DNA of 64,000 nucleotides, from assembly GCA_020536535.1 (NCBI GenBank), contig JAHLWZ010000179.1:22095-86094 (forward strand), given 5' to 3'. This DNA comes from Pelomyxa schiedti. Its lineage: Eukaryota; Protista; Evosea. The notes under the pieces are model-generated. The model worked only from the letters and a program-made list of their open reading frames with translations, was not told the origin of the DNA and searched no databases. Below are positions 22,980-36,700 of the stretch, in pieces (positions within the stretch are counted from its first letter, which is position 1; each line of letters opens with the position of its first letter). A program made the translations under genes and the position numbers.

Positions 22980-23737
22980 TCACGAAAGTGAACGAAGCAC
23001 AGCACGAACAGGAGACCCGCAAACCCCAGCTAGCTTCAAAGGTAGTGCAATGAGTTCATAGTCACCATCAGGCACACCCGAAAGAGCAAGGTTTTCTAGA
23101 TTTGCCATCCCGCGATCAAGCAGAGCATTGTGAGCAGGGAAATCCTTGCTCTCCGCTTGATCCACAGAGGGGAAGTCAACACCAATGAGAGTGTAGTGCA
23201 AATCCGCCAGCCTGTGGACAAGCTCTACGCTCAGGAACTGTTTGATTTGTCAGCTCCATCAGTATCCCATTGCAGTAAAAAGCATGTACCGGTGCCTCAC
23301 TAGGCCACTGTCCCTCTGGAATCCCACTGATCTCCGTCCTCAGTAAGAGTCGCTCTCCACCCTCGAGGGGCCTTGTTCCTAAATCGGCAAAGTGTATAGG
23401 CCCACGGTGCACTGGTACGTGAACTACACGGCACCTGTGTGTGGGCAACGGAAAATACAAGAGCCAGAAATTGGTGCGTCGTTTGGTTGAGGTCACAACT
23501 AACAAACCTGCCGAGATAATGAGACAGAGGCATGTCGGCCATCGTTACCCCAGAGTCTCGCATGTGCCACGGCGCATCCGCGTGGGTGCCGAGATGGCAA
23601 GTTGCGGAGATGGCCGACAAGTTGCACGAGTCTCCACGGGAACGCAAGCCCGTATATGTAACCGTCAACGGCTGGTCTCCTGGCCACACCTTGATCGCTG
23701 GAGATAACGTCTTGGTGACATCGTAGATACGGGCCAT
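22980..23737 (-). CDS. kynB: Kynurenine formamidase / cyclase-family metal hydrolase (KynB-like)
   Basis: MARIYDVTKTLSPAIKVWPGDQP, HLGTHADAPWH (HxGTHxDxPxH), RLLLRT, LIGVDFPSVD and LENLALSGVPDGDYELIALPLKLAGVCGSPVRAVL; contains introns. Confidence 0.9.
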
Positions 23738-23788
23738 CACTTTTCGAACAGACGAACCACACAAAATCACTTGATTGATTTTCGGCCA

Positions 23789-26250
23789 ATGAGGCGATCG
23801 ACAACAACCTCGACAACAACTTCAGCATCAACGAGAAGCACTACGACACAGACACGTGCTTCGCAAGTTAGGACGGTCCCCAGGGACTCCTCGATGGATG
23901 CCAACAGCGGAAGATCAAACAGAACACCTCGCACACAACGAGAGACGGCTGTCTCGAGCAGGGGATGCCAAAGTGCTGTGTCCGGACGTGGTCGTGGCCG
24001 TAGTGGGGGCGAGGTTTTTGTTGATATACGAGATATGAGGGGAAGAGGTAGCTGCCCGTCAAATTACCTGAGGAGTTAACGCCGACCCCTTAAGATATTC
24101 TTTCGGCTGTCAAGAGGTGTCGACAAACTGGCTCTTTTGTACTCAAGGGATTGGGCCTAAGTCAAATACCAAACGAAGTGTTGAACTATGCCAGCCTCCC
24201 TTCAGATTCCAATGATAAATGTATACTATAGTATTGCAAGTAGAATTAATTGCCTTTGGAAGGGTGGGAGTTCGAGCCACTTCTAAAACTTGACATGAGT
24301 GAAAACCAAATACATGAACTCCCCGCGGCGTTTAAAGGAGATTTCTTTCACCAATTAACTTTTCTATCTCTGTCCAACAATCTTTTATCTGATTTACCTG
24401 ACTTGGTATGCTTGTTTTTCAGTTCCTGTCCATTTTGACTTGAATCATAGAGCTTTTTGTGTTCCATTACCTTTTTAGACATAAGGTACCTAGTGCAGCA
24501 TTAGCGTGTGAATCTCAACCACAATCAGCTTTAATAACCTTTCTTCACTACCCCTGTTGGATGGTTGTCAATGTCTCACAGAAATCCGTGCAAACGACAA
24601 TGACCTTGCTTTTCTTCCAGACTTTCTTCCTCCAACCGTTTGTACGTTCCACTGTCAGCGGAATGTACTTGAAGAATTGCGATTCGAATGTGCTGGATTA
24701 CGTTTCTTCAATGCCTCCAATAACAAGTAGGATAAATTTGCTTTTTGTTTCATTGTAACTTGTTGCAGAATTTCTCACATATCCCGATCTTTTTTCACTG
24801 CCCAACATCTTGAAGAAGTTGATTTATCGCACAACGAGCTCTCTAGTTTTCCCAAGTCCGTTCCCGCTCCTTCTTTTCTTCATTAATCTTCCTCAGAGAT
24901 GTTTCCACCTTGAAGTTTTTGCAAACTTTGGATGTTTCCTTTAATAAGCTCAATGAACTTGACTGCTTTGGGCCTACAATTGTAGAACTCCATGCTGGGA
25001 ATAATGTGCTGCAATCTATTGAGGGTGCATGTTTCTGTCACTCTTTGAAGGTGCGTGTCTGTGGTTCATCCATGTTTTCACATTTTATAGACATTGGACG
25101 TGCATGACAATCTTCTTTCCACAATTCCTGACCAGTTTCAAAATTTGACTTCCCTTACAAGATTTGATGTCTCCAATAACGAACTTGTTGCCCTTCCCGC
25201 GTTCATTGGTAGAATGCAAAATTTATCTAATATGTCATTAACTGGGAACCATCTCAAGTCTGTATGCATCACAAATAATCTCCGTCTTAGTAATTAAAGG
25301 ACTCTTGCCCGACTACTGGATAAGGGAACGGTGGCCATCAAGGAATATCTATGCACTCGCATTGAAGGTCGCATGAATAATCTTTTTACTACCATCTTCC
25401 TTACACTGTGGAAGAGCAGGAATGCGCGGAGGAAGCACCTCCGAACACGCCTATCACACCTGCCCGTCCTTCCCTTATACCTGAATCTGTACTTTATCAC
25501 AACCAGCCTGTACTGTCACTTATAAGCAAAAATTTATACACTGTATGACCAAGTTTTATGAAGTGGAGTTAACGGGGAAAAACCAGGTTCCCCCAGAGGT
25601 TTTTACTTGCACACACCTTACTAGCCTGGATTTATCCAGAAACGCGCTTACTGGGCTTCCTCAGGAACTTTGTTCTCTGAGACAACTCGATTTTCTGAAC
25701 TTAGAAAGAAACAAGCTTGAAACTCTGCCATCATTTCTGTCCTGCTTCACCCGCCTAACAGTGTGAATATTTCGTTCCTTGAACATTACATGATTGATAT
25801 TCATTAGGCAATAAATATCTCCCAAAATCCGCTTCACGCAATACCAGATGTGATGGGTCAGATAGGCTCTCTGAGAGAGTTATTTGCCAGCAGCGTTTCT
25901 GCCCCCAGTATCCCATTATGCCTACTCCGGTTATCACTGCTATCAGTCCTGGATGTGAGTGGAAACAAAATTTCCACAATCCCACCACAAATAACATTCC
26001 TGAGCAACCTTAGCAGTACGCACATACTCCCCATTTCCATTCCGATCCACTCAATCATTAACGTGCAGGTCTTGACATAAGCAACAATGATATATGCAAC
26101 CTCCCACCACAACTGGGGCTTCTGTCCCTCAACACACTCAACTTTGAAGGCAACATCATCAAGTCCATACCCCGAGGTGTAATAGACAAGGGCACCCCCT
26201 CCGTTCTGGCCTACCTCAAGATGAAGCTTCCACCCACTGGTTCCTCGTAA
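23789..26250 (+). CDS. Leucine-rich repeat protein, LRRC40-like
   Basis: AVKRCRQTGSFVLKGLGLSQIP; LLKLDMSENQIHELP; many LxxLxLxxNxL repeats; C-terminal LEGNIIKSIPRGVIDKGTPSVLAYLK. Confidence 0.8.
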
Positions 26251-26377
26251 ATGGATCAAAATCTTCACTTCATACAACGCTCCGCCGCAGCTAAAACCAA
26301 CTTTTCCTGAGGAAAGACTGAGAAAAAGTTGGTTTTGATCACGGAGGAGGGTTGTACATCAGACAATCAATCATAAA

Positions 26378-28681
26378 ATGGACCACAATAACAGAGGTTT
26401 TGACACCAATAACAGCCGAGACGTATCCAACAAGGACAGTAGTGGCAGAGTTGACGAGGCAGAGGAAGTGGCGATGCTGCTCAGGAACTCAGAGGGTGTG
26501 TTTGGGAGCGAGAATAACTGGAGGAGGGAGGACGTGGAGGAGTGCGCGTACAAGGGCGAAGGTGGCGGGGCCAGAGAAACCATGGACAATGTGAGGAGGG
26601 AATTGGAGTCGGAGAGGAGGGAGAGGAGGGCGTTGCAGGATGAGCTGGCAAAGACCACAAAGGAAAGTAATTGGTGATCGCCATAGTTTTGGTGACTTCA
26701 TTTATTCAGGCTTCAAGGGAGTATGCTCAGGTTGTATCTGTTTTGGAATCGCGCATCAGTTGCTTGAAGGAGATGATAGACTTGCAGGAGAGCACTACGT
26801 CTACATCACCAGGGGAACGTGGTGTTGTTCCACTTCTGACAGCTTGGCGTGAAAAAGTTTTTACTCTTCTGATGGAGAGACAAACAGAAAAATTGAACAT
26901 TCAAGAATTGAATCGCAAAACGGTTTCTGTTTTCCCTTTGCCCCTTTAGTTCTGGTTTATTTTGATTACGTAATATACAGGAAGATGAAAGACTAAATCA
27001 TCAAAGGACCATATTCACTCTCGAAAAGCGAATTTCAGAACTAAAAGCTGAATCCGCCATGGTTCAACTGCAGGTATGTCTTTTACTCACAGCTTTGCGA
27101 TGTCATCTCATTTATTTCCTTTCCAAGAGAAAGCAATCTTCGGAACAGGTAGCTTCTCTGCAAGCGAAAAAAGATAATGAAATAGCATCCGTTCTTTCGT
27201 CACACCAAGTGAAAGAAGATAATCTCTACGCAATCGTCGCCAGGTTTCAATGTACATTCCTTCGAGAGCCACCTATACCGCACAGATTTTCTGAAGAAAT
27301 GAACTGCAGCTGCGGGAAGTTTTCCCATGTACAAGAAAAACTCGATATTTTAGACAGCAGACTCAGAGTCTTGTCTTTGAGGACAAAGTTTCTTTCAGGT
27401 TCACCGGTTTTTTCGCGGTTGTTTTGCTTTATTTTCAACTAGACTTTATTCCCAATGTTCCAAAATCCGCGGCTGCCTCCATAGTCTTGTATCTCCCTTC
27501 TCCACTCAAGTATTGTAACAAAGTAATCTAGGGTGCCACCAGCCAAGCTGGACCCTTCGTGCAACTCTCCAGTTCTATGTACTGAGCTCGAGTCTCAGTT
27601 ACAAGTCATGAGGACCCGTCTCCACAACACCGAAGCACAGCTCCAACAACAAACAACGGCAAACATGCAACTCCAATCGCAACTTGAGGCACGCCTTTCT
27701 GAGTGCAATCATCACATGGAGAACAGCAAACACTTCGAGGAACAAGCCAAAAACCTGGAGCACCAGCTCCACCAGCAACAGCAACTTCAAGAGCAACAAC
27801 AACAACTGGAAAAGAACTTGGTTTCCACAATTGAAACGCAAGTATATAAACTCTGCAATTCCCAAGAGCAAGCTCATAACACTCAATTACAAACAGTTGT
27901 TGACCAAGTGGTGCAACATATTGCCAAACACGAACACGACATGCACAGTCAACTTTTGGCTGCAATTAAGTCTCTGGAACGATCCTTTGGGGAATACAGG
28001 GCGGATATTAACTTACTCCGAGACACGGTTATGGATGGAAACATGGAACTAAAATCTATTGGAGGTTTTTCTCAGTCATTTATATCGTTAGGCCTTCCCA
28101 ACAACAAACCACAGATCTGAAGATGTCAATAGAGAGTGTCAAACAAGATTCAGCGTCAAAATCTACACAAGATGCTCTTCAAAAAGAACTTTCGGCAGCT
28201 GGTACCAAGCACCCAGTCTCGATATACAAGTATTGTCTAACAAAACGCAGTGGCGTCCATGAGAGGAATACAAGCTCAGATCAACACATCAACAGAACAA
28301 CATAAGAAAAAGGTGGAAGAAATGCTGAGGGAAATAGAGCAACAGGACGAAACCATCCAAGGGCTCAAAGCAGAAAAAACATCTCTTTTGGTTTTTCATC
28401 ATCCCTGGTTAGTCATTGCATCTGACACCAAACAAACCAGGCAACGACGAGAAGATATGAACAAGCCAGATTGATTCCATCCACGAGAAAACCAACAAAG
28501 AAATCATCACCCCCGATTGTAACAGCAACAAATCCCTGTGTCACAGCCACACCGGAATCATCTCCAGGTATGCATGCTGGAAAAACAAACACCTAACTTG
28601 CAAACAGATACAGATGTTCTGGACCAGCTGAAGGAAATGGAAGCCCTGACTGAGAACCTGTTGCACCAATATGGGGAATGA
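26378..28681 (+). CDS. Coiled-coil protein, CCHCR1 (HCR)-like
   Basis: LESRISCLKEMIDLQE...VPLLTAWREKVFTLLMER resembles CCHCR1 ...ILALQEE...LLNRWREKVFALMV; extensive heptads; final exon DVLDQLKEMEALTENLL...GE*. Confidence 0.6.
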
Positions 28682-28756
28682 ATGTAACAAATGTTGAAGG
28701 AAAGAACTGCTGTTTGTAGAGTACTTTTGAGGGTTGGGGTGTTTGCCGGCTCTTTT

Positions 28757-31700
28757 TCAAGGATTGGACACAGGGTCCCCAGTGGTTTCTTTGAGGTTGT
28801 ACTGCCAGTTGCTTTGTTTTCCATAGGCGTATATCTAGAAACAGTGTAAAGTAGAATTTGGGTTTGAGGAAAAACCTCCTCCAGTACGTGCTCTAGTTTC
28901 CCGGATTCTGAAAGCTGCTGATAATGATTATACAGTGCCAAAGCCTTTTTTTGCGTTATTCATTGTTTTTGAGGTGATTTTATACAGTTTGTGCATCCTC
29001 AATACTGCAGTGATTCTCAGTCTGCACATCAACATGGAGTAGTATCGCAGCAAGAAATTTAAGTGAGAGGTTCCTTTAATTGCATTTGTATCTAGAGTTA
29101 TGACTTTCCTTCAATTCGTACCTATGAAGCCGAAGATGAAAAAGTTCCACAGTGTCAATGATTTGCTTCTTGGGCACATGGATGTTTAGAATCCGGAAGT
29201 CTTTTGTTAAGCCATGGCCAATGAACCTGCACCCAATATCCACAAGATAACGCAGTTTTAAGTAGACAGCCTAAGCTTAATGGTTCATTTTTTGGAATGG
29301 TAGCAATATGTTAACCTTCAGAGTAGTTAAGTTTTTCATGGAAATACTTGAATCCAAGTCACCAGGGTCTATCCCAGAGAACTTCGTGAGGTAATCAATA
29401 ATTGTATCCTTTGTTGAAACAAAATCGTCCAGGAATGGTTGTCCAGCAAAAGGTCCTTCTCCCATAACACAGCTAATCCGAGCTGGGGTGAGGTGTGTGG
29501 GAGAAACAACAACGCGGGTGCCATCCACTTGCAGAGCCACTTTTTCCTACAATGAAAGTTAACGCATAGATGGAAAATAATCATGCAACTGTACTCAGTG
29601 CCACAAATTCAGCATCTATAGCTACGAGCTGAGCAGGCTTTGGTATCACATTAACAAGAGGACGGGATATTGGACGAGGAGAACTATGTATGCTTAGAGA
29701 TGACTCAGAGAAACTATCATACCTCAATACGGACTGTCTCATGGAATTGAAAGTTGCCTCCGATATAGGGCATACAATAGACTCTGGGGGCAGTTTGGTG
29801 TGCAGAAGCGAAGAAGAGTAGAATACTACACAGGGGTGCTAGAGATCATCAGCACTTCATATTACGTTAGATATTTTTTACCTTCCATATTGTATTGAAT
29901 TCCACAACCTGTTGTGGCCAGCAGTGTGCCACAGCCATATCATTGAACAGGAACCACTGTGAGGCCTCTACTTGTGAGTACCCATGAAGTTTTTGGTATT
30001 CCTGTGAAACTGTACTCTTCAATTTTTTTTTTTTAAGGTGCTGAGGTTTCAACCCAACCTGCCACATGAGCAACTAGATTTCCTAAGCGAGATGCAGATG
30101 GCACTTGGTCGGTAACATGACAAATTACGGCCTATGAAAGCATAAACCCAAGGTGGTGAAAAGAATGGCAATCCTACACTAAGATTGTAAATATCCTCCC
30201 CACTATCACTTCCAGTGTACTCTGTAACTGAGATTTCAGAGCCAAGTACAATTTTAAGCCTGGAAAAATGTTAAAGCTGCTGTGTACAAAATGGAGCTTG
30301 CCGCCTCGGAAGCCATGAGCAATCTTGTGTGTGAAAGGTACCATGAGAATCTCCTCTGCCACCTGCTTAAATTTAGTGACACTAGAGGTGGGAGAGCACA
30401 CTATTTGACAAAATAGTCCTCCACAATTCATCCTTTTTTTTTTGTAAGTGAAAGAAACGGAAAGAAACTGTACGTTAGCTTCCATATGTACTCCGACACA
30501 CAGAATATTTGGTAAACCTTTCACTTCCTTCTTTTGTTCCAGAACCTGAAACTGAGAACATCTATCACACCACGCTTTGGTTTGAATCGTGCGGCAAAGA
30601 CTCGATGGGAGAAGGGAAGTAAATTTCAGCTTGGTTGGATCTGTTGTCTTCCAGAGAGTGAGGAATGGCTTTATTGATTTTTCAATGTACCCTGCCCATG
30701 TTAAGGTCAATAACGAAAAATCGAGTTGGACACGCTGAACTACTCCCACAGCTCAGACAACGGATATGTGTTACCAAACTAGTGCCAAATAGTTTGTCAA
30801 TAATTGATGGCTGAGCTTCTTCTCTTGGTAATAGGGTCAATAGTGCTTATGTGCAAAAATTAATCACACGTTGTTGTAAGCTCGTGGTTGAGTTGCTCAA
30901 GTGTAAAACGGCAAAAATTTTCCATGAGCGTTGGTAGGTCAATTTTCCTGCTGGTCGAGTTGGTTCCAGGCTGAGGTTTCAGGGGATCAAAAAGACCAAG
31001 TCGTGTTGCTAACAAAACTTTAAAGGTGCATGAAAAAAAATGGTCTATGTACCCTGCGGAAGTTGTCTCAAAGAACGGGAAAAGTTCCGGGAACTGTGAC
31101 AAGTTCCTGGAGAAGGTGCATTATCAAGCATGTGAAAAAGAAAACCCAGTTCACAAGCAAGACAAAACTCCCGATGGCACAGATGATTAAGGAGGTTTGC
31201 GCGAAGTTGAGGTATAAAGTACAGTACCTGGTTCATGTCACGCAAGTTGTCACAGATGTATACTTACTTGTAAAAATGAATTGGTGTAGCTATTTGGAGT
31301 ATTATTATCCAAGCCAGCAAAGTTTGTCTGATTGCAGATTCTGTTGAGATGGTCAATATTACCCTTGAAACTGCAACAGATACGAGTAATCGAAATCATA
31401 TTTATCTATAGCACTCATCCTTATTCGTGAGGATACAACAGGTCTGTACATTTTAGGTGGGCGTGTGCGTTTTGGCTGCTGAGATTTAAATGCAAGATAG
31501 AAATGTTTAAACAATACCTGCAGGGATGTCGTCTTAAACTTCCTTGCTAAACTCGGATTGGCGGCATTAAGAGCCTTGTGCTGAACCCCACATAAGCAAG
31601 AGTTATTTCTTTTGAAGGTACCTGTAAGTGAGAGAGTTCTCCAATTTTGATGTAACCAAATCCATCCATCTTATTAATGGTAGAGGCCAATACGGGTTCC

Positions 31701-33334
31701 AGCTGAAAGACTGGTCCGTTGACTGGGAATGACATTGTAGAACCCCAGTCAGACAAAAGGGGTTGGTCTAATGGTGGATATGACTGTGATAGAGGTTCAT
31801 CACTGTAAGATATGAGGGAGAGTACGGGTGGGTGAGATACCTTTCAGGAAAATAGAACTTTGCAGGTGAAATCGGTTTACAAAACTGAAGAGGTTCTGAG
31901 AAGGGATTGACCTGAATACTTGTTACGTTTCTTCTTAAAGAAAAGTGGGAACCCGCATGGTGGGGCTACTAGACCACAAGTGGATAAATCCTGACGTATC
32001 ACTGAAAGCAATAGCTTCTCCACTGCTGCTGATCGCCATGGATGTTAGCATTTCCCCATTGGTTTCCACCTGAGTAGAAGGGTCACAACTTGAAGATGTC
32101 TAGGCTGAACTGAACTTGGAAAAGAGTTTGATTGAGACCGCCACCGATTGCATCACATAACTTGAAGATTCCGTCTCGTCCAGTAATAATGATAGAAGAA
32201 GGAAATAAAGGTTCAAATGCACATTTGATCGCTCCTTGGGACAATTAACCTTTTAACAACGAGGGAAGGGGAACCAGGGGTGAACACAAGAGGTTGTAAA
32301 TGCTGTTTTGAGCGGACATCAAAAATTTTAATGTATCTATCTGTTTGGTGCCCTGTCCTGAAAAAGTCAACAAAACACCTCATAGGAGGAGCAAACGTTG
32401 TCAAATAGCCACATGAAGATACAAGGTCAAGGCTGCTGTTAGTGTCCAAGCTGCACACTGCACCACTATGAAGTTCAATAACGTGATCGAACCTCATGAT
32501 TCTGGTATCAAGCTGGGTTAACCACTTACAACGTGAAGGGAAGTGTCAGTAATCATCACAGCAGAGAATAGGTATTCACCCCACAAGAATTCCCACAGAA
32601 AACAGAGTTTCTCCCTTTACACATTGCAGTGATGGGTGCTTCCAATGAAACCTAGGACCAATATTTTAGATCAACGGCAGCTGAAATAAGCTACTTTGGC
32701 CAAGAACTGCCATGTTTGTATGTCCAACAATGATACTGTATTTCCAGCAGATAAGACCACTTTAGTGGAGTTGGGTAGCATCATTATGCAATAAGAAGGT
32801 GATTCAGATAACAAACTGTATTGAGTTTTTGGGGTGAAAAGAAAAAGAAAAGAACAAGAAAGGAAGTACCAAGAAGAAATAGGAAAACCCCCACGTGTGA
32901 ACAGCCTCAATGAATTTTCACCAGCAGTTAAAATCCCGTTCTGAAAAAGGACAGGCTAAGGGACAGGCAAAGGGGTGAATGAACAGTACACTTGAGTCAG
33001 CCATGCAGGTAACAGGAGAACTGTGTGCCTGAAGAGAACAGTACCGATCCAGAGTAGGGCATACCAATGAAGCCACGTGCCCATTCTGGTAACCTCCCCA
33101 CAGTATCTCCTGTGTCCCATCGAAAATCAAGCTCGTGGGCTACGAAATAAGGTCACAAGTGCCAAAATGACATACAAACAAAGGAAATTAAAAGAAAAAG
33201 AACAAAAAAAAAAGGAAAAAAACACCCAGAACCAACCGTGCAATAAGACTCCACAGTTGCATTCGTGGGCTCCCACCTGTCAACAGTTGAGTCACTAATG
33301 CCCAAACACGTACAACACATTGACAAACTCACAT
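28757..33334 (-). CDS. PAN2: PAN2 poly(A) nuclease deadenylase subunit (WD40, UCH-like, DEDD exonuclease)
   Basis: [19 protein letters not shown]; [10 protein letters not shown]...[20 protein letters not shown]; [22 protein letters not shown]...[15 protein letters not shown]; [14 protein letters not shown]; ALYNHYQQL...[14 protein letters not shown]. Confidence 0.93.
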
Positions 33335-33770
33335 GTTGACACTAGTTCCCGGTTGGTCCTCTCACCACCAGCCAACGTCCCTCGGCCCTGTGGGCCACCA
33401 CTTTGGTTTGGATTTTTTTTTCTTTGGCAGTGAGGGTGTTTGGTGAACCACTCAATGGTCGGAATTAGCTAGCGAAAGAAAGTGATTAAGCAAACAAGAA
33501 CAACGCCCTCCAGAGGGAGAACGCGATTTGGTGGGAGGATCGGTGCTTGATCTCCAGAGATCTCCGATTTGGTAAACGTCACTAACAGCCGGGAATCTCA
33601 TTGATCAGCTCACCAGTTTCCTTTCCTGTGCCGAAAATTCTGGCATCAAACGGCAACAACGGAGCAAAAAACAGCAACGTCGGATATCGCGATTCTGTGT
33701 GAAACCCGCAACCCATAAAAAAAAACCTCGTCCAAAAACACAAGCAAAAAAAAAAAGGAGAGAAATAAAG

Positions 33771-36700
33771 ATGAGGCCTCACCGTGTTTGGCCGCTTGCC
33801 GTAGGCGCAGGGCTTTTACTCCTACATTGCTTCACGGCCTGTGCGTCTCCGTGGTGCATCAACGTTGTAGGGTACATTCCCACCAATTACACTTACCCGA
33901 GCCCCGACCACGTCGTGGCCGTGCCCATCGTCTCGTGCGACGTCGTAAGCGCTGCGTTCGTGGACGAGGGATACCTATCGCCTAGCGCCAGCCCCCAGAT
34001 GGACGCGGTGTATACTACAATGAAGTTGCAATGGTGGGTTTCGCTCAAGGCCGAGTCGAGCGTGCTAGCCCGGGGCCCCGACGGCGCTTTCTTGTACGAG
34101 GGATACGAGCAAGGCTTCCACAGGGGGCACCTTAGTTCCGCGGAGACAGCTTACGACCACTTTGACGGGAATTATGGAAAGGAAAATGACTTGGACTACC
34201 TCAACCCCGACGACGATGAGAATTCCACGGGAGATGTACAGTGGGATGGCGGCAAGTCTTATTTGGATATCAGGCGAGGATTTGATGTATATAGTACTGA
34301 TGATGGTGTTTATACTCGCGGTGCATCTTCGCCCTCGAATTCTGTTTCCGATTTCTCGTCATCGGTATCTGATTCGTTAAGTTCTTCAATATCGGAATCA
34401 TCTTCCTCCGAAGTATGTTGTTATCTACCTCTCCCTGAATGCTTAGAAGTTGACTACTTAAAGGTACTGGAAGCGGCTTCGTTCAAGAAAGCCAATGGAG
34501 TACATTTCGCTGCCGTGTGGACTGCGTTCTCAGTCGCAAAATCGATTGGGTATGAGAAGACTTTCAAAGGTAACGTTTAATTTGTATCCAGCACCACTAT
34601 GACAGTTTCTGGATTGGCTGGTTCGGGGCAAGCTCCAACAGAGCCAGCTGCATTCAATATAACTATGTCATGTAAGGAACCAGCAGTTGTGGCTGCCTCC
34701 GTTACTCTCGCCCTTAGTGATACGTCGGCTGTTGTAACCTTTGCACCACGGTGGATGTGTTATACCCAAGGATGTCCTTCATGGTGTTCCTTACACGGGG
34801 TATGCGATACACCTCGCGGAACGTGTGTATGTAATCCTGGGTGGATTGGCGCGGATTGCGGAATAAAAGTAATTTCCACCTGGACTCTGTGCCCTCAAGA
34901 CAGCATCATACTTGATTTTGAGATACCGTGAGCCTTCCCACCGGCTCCATTCTCCTCCCACTAACATGTGAACCCAGGTACACGATAGCGGGAGTGATCG
35001 GTGCCGGAAACACCTTGTTTCAATCCATCATAAGTAGTACGGCCGCATATGACTACAGATACCTTATGACCTGGTCTACTAATGTTCCATCATTGCGCAC
35101 CGTGGGCTATAACACCAATTACACAGGAACTCAAACTACACCCACCTTCCTACCCCCAGGCACCTATGGTATGAGATTTGGAAATGATGCAGCAGATACC
35201 ATCTTATTGACAAAACCATTGACCATAAAGAGTTGGGCGGCCTGTAACGTATCGTCTGCCTGTGGAAACGGCACAACAAATACTTGTGGGAGTGAAATTG
35301 GAAACGGCGTTTGCGTCAGCAGTGCCTGTAAATGCTCTCTAGGCCGTTTCTGGTATGATTGTTCAAGAGGATGCTCTGGCATGATCAAAATGGCTACCAA
35401 AACAGGTAGCATACAGTCAGACTACCCAGAAAGCGGCAACGTTGCTGATATGCGGGATGCGTGTGCTCTGTCAACTTGCAGTTGGCTCATCTCTCCACCC
35501 AACAGCTACGATGAGGTTATGCTAAACTTCACCTTTGTTGAGATGGATTTTATTGGAATTCTCAATGTGTACAAATCTGATGAAAATGCCACCAAAATCG
35601 ATCTCGCAGCGTCAATTAATAACAATGCACCAGCGCCATTTGGAGTTCAATCACGGCATGTTCTTGTAGTGTACGAGAAGTTGGCTACAATGAGTGCACA
35701 CGGCTTTGCTCTTTCATACTACACTCATAATAAACCACTTTCTTCAATTGCTATTGGGTTCACTGTCTTCTGCAGCATTTTGGGAGGATTGATTCTCACT
35801 ACAGCTGGAGGTTTAGTCTTATATTTAATTATCACGAGACAAAAAAGAAAGAAATTACAAGCCCTAAACGAGCCAGCTATTGAAGAAGATATGAAATCAC
35901 CCGAAGAGATTTCAAAAGAGAGAGAGCATTTCGAAGCTCAAAATGAAAGCTTCGTGGCTGCGGGATTTCAAGTTGACAAACAGAGACTGATGTTCAGCTT
36001 GACGGATACAGACCCTTTCCCGATTCAGGAAACACGTGAGGATGTCTTGTGCATCTCAAACAACACCGGAAGGAATGCAAGCTACTGTATTTTTGTGCCG
36101 AAGAAAGATGTACTTATGAAGTTTGATGTAAAGCCTGGCAAAGGGAAACTTTCTGCCGGCACCACTTTGGCTGTTGGGGTTAAATTCGAACTGAGGTACA
36201 CTACCCATTACGATTACCCCATCAGGCTCGAAGTTACATCTTCCAATGGCACTGTTCAATCAATGTATATAACCGTGAAATTCGAGGGTGCTCACTCAAT
36301 CTGGATTGATCCAGAAGATGTACTTTTGGATCAAGAAGTTCTTGCCACAGGATCGTTTGGGTAACAACATTCACAGTGTAATTTCGTTTCACCGTGTTTA
36401 GTTCGGTTCACCGTGGAGCCTACAAGGCCCAAATGCTGGCAATAAAAGTACTTAAAGATCAGGAAGGACTGACTGATGGAGACGTAGCCGATTTTGAGAC
36501 CGAATGCCGGCTCCTGAATCAAGTTCATCACCCCAAAATTGCTCAATTCATTGGAGCCTCCCACGTTCCAGGAAAGTATTACATCACCCCAAGTCTTTAT
36601 TAAATTGATATACAGGCAAGCTCTGTATATGCACTGAACTGGTGCAAGGTGGCAACTTAGCGGCATACCTCAAATCTCGTGCCGAGATTCCCTTTGTATT

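Noticed and set aside
24260-24285. GGAGTTCGAGCC resembling a tRNA T-arm or B-box
   Set aside because: It lies in a coding exon (WEFEPL) of the LRR gene, and no cloverleaf can be built.
28558-28941. Separate 127-aa ORF downstream of PAN2
   Set aside because: Its first part is the PAN2 C-terminal exon read through an intron; the rest is antisense to the last CCHCR1-like exon.
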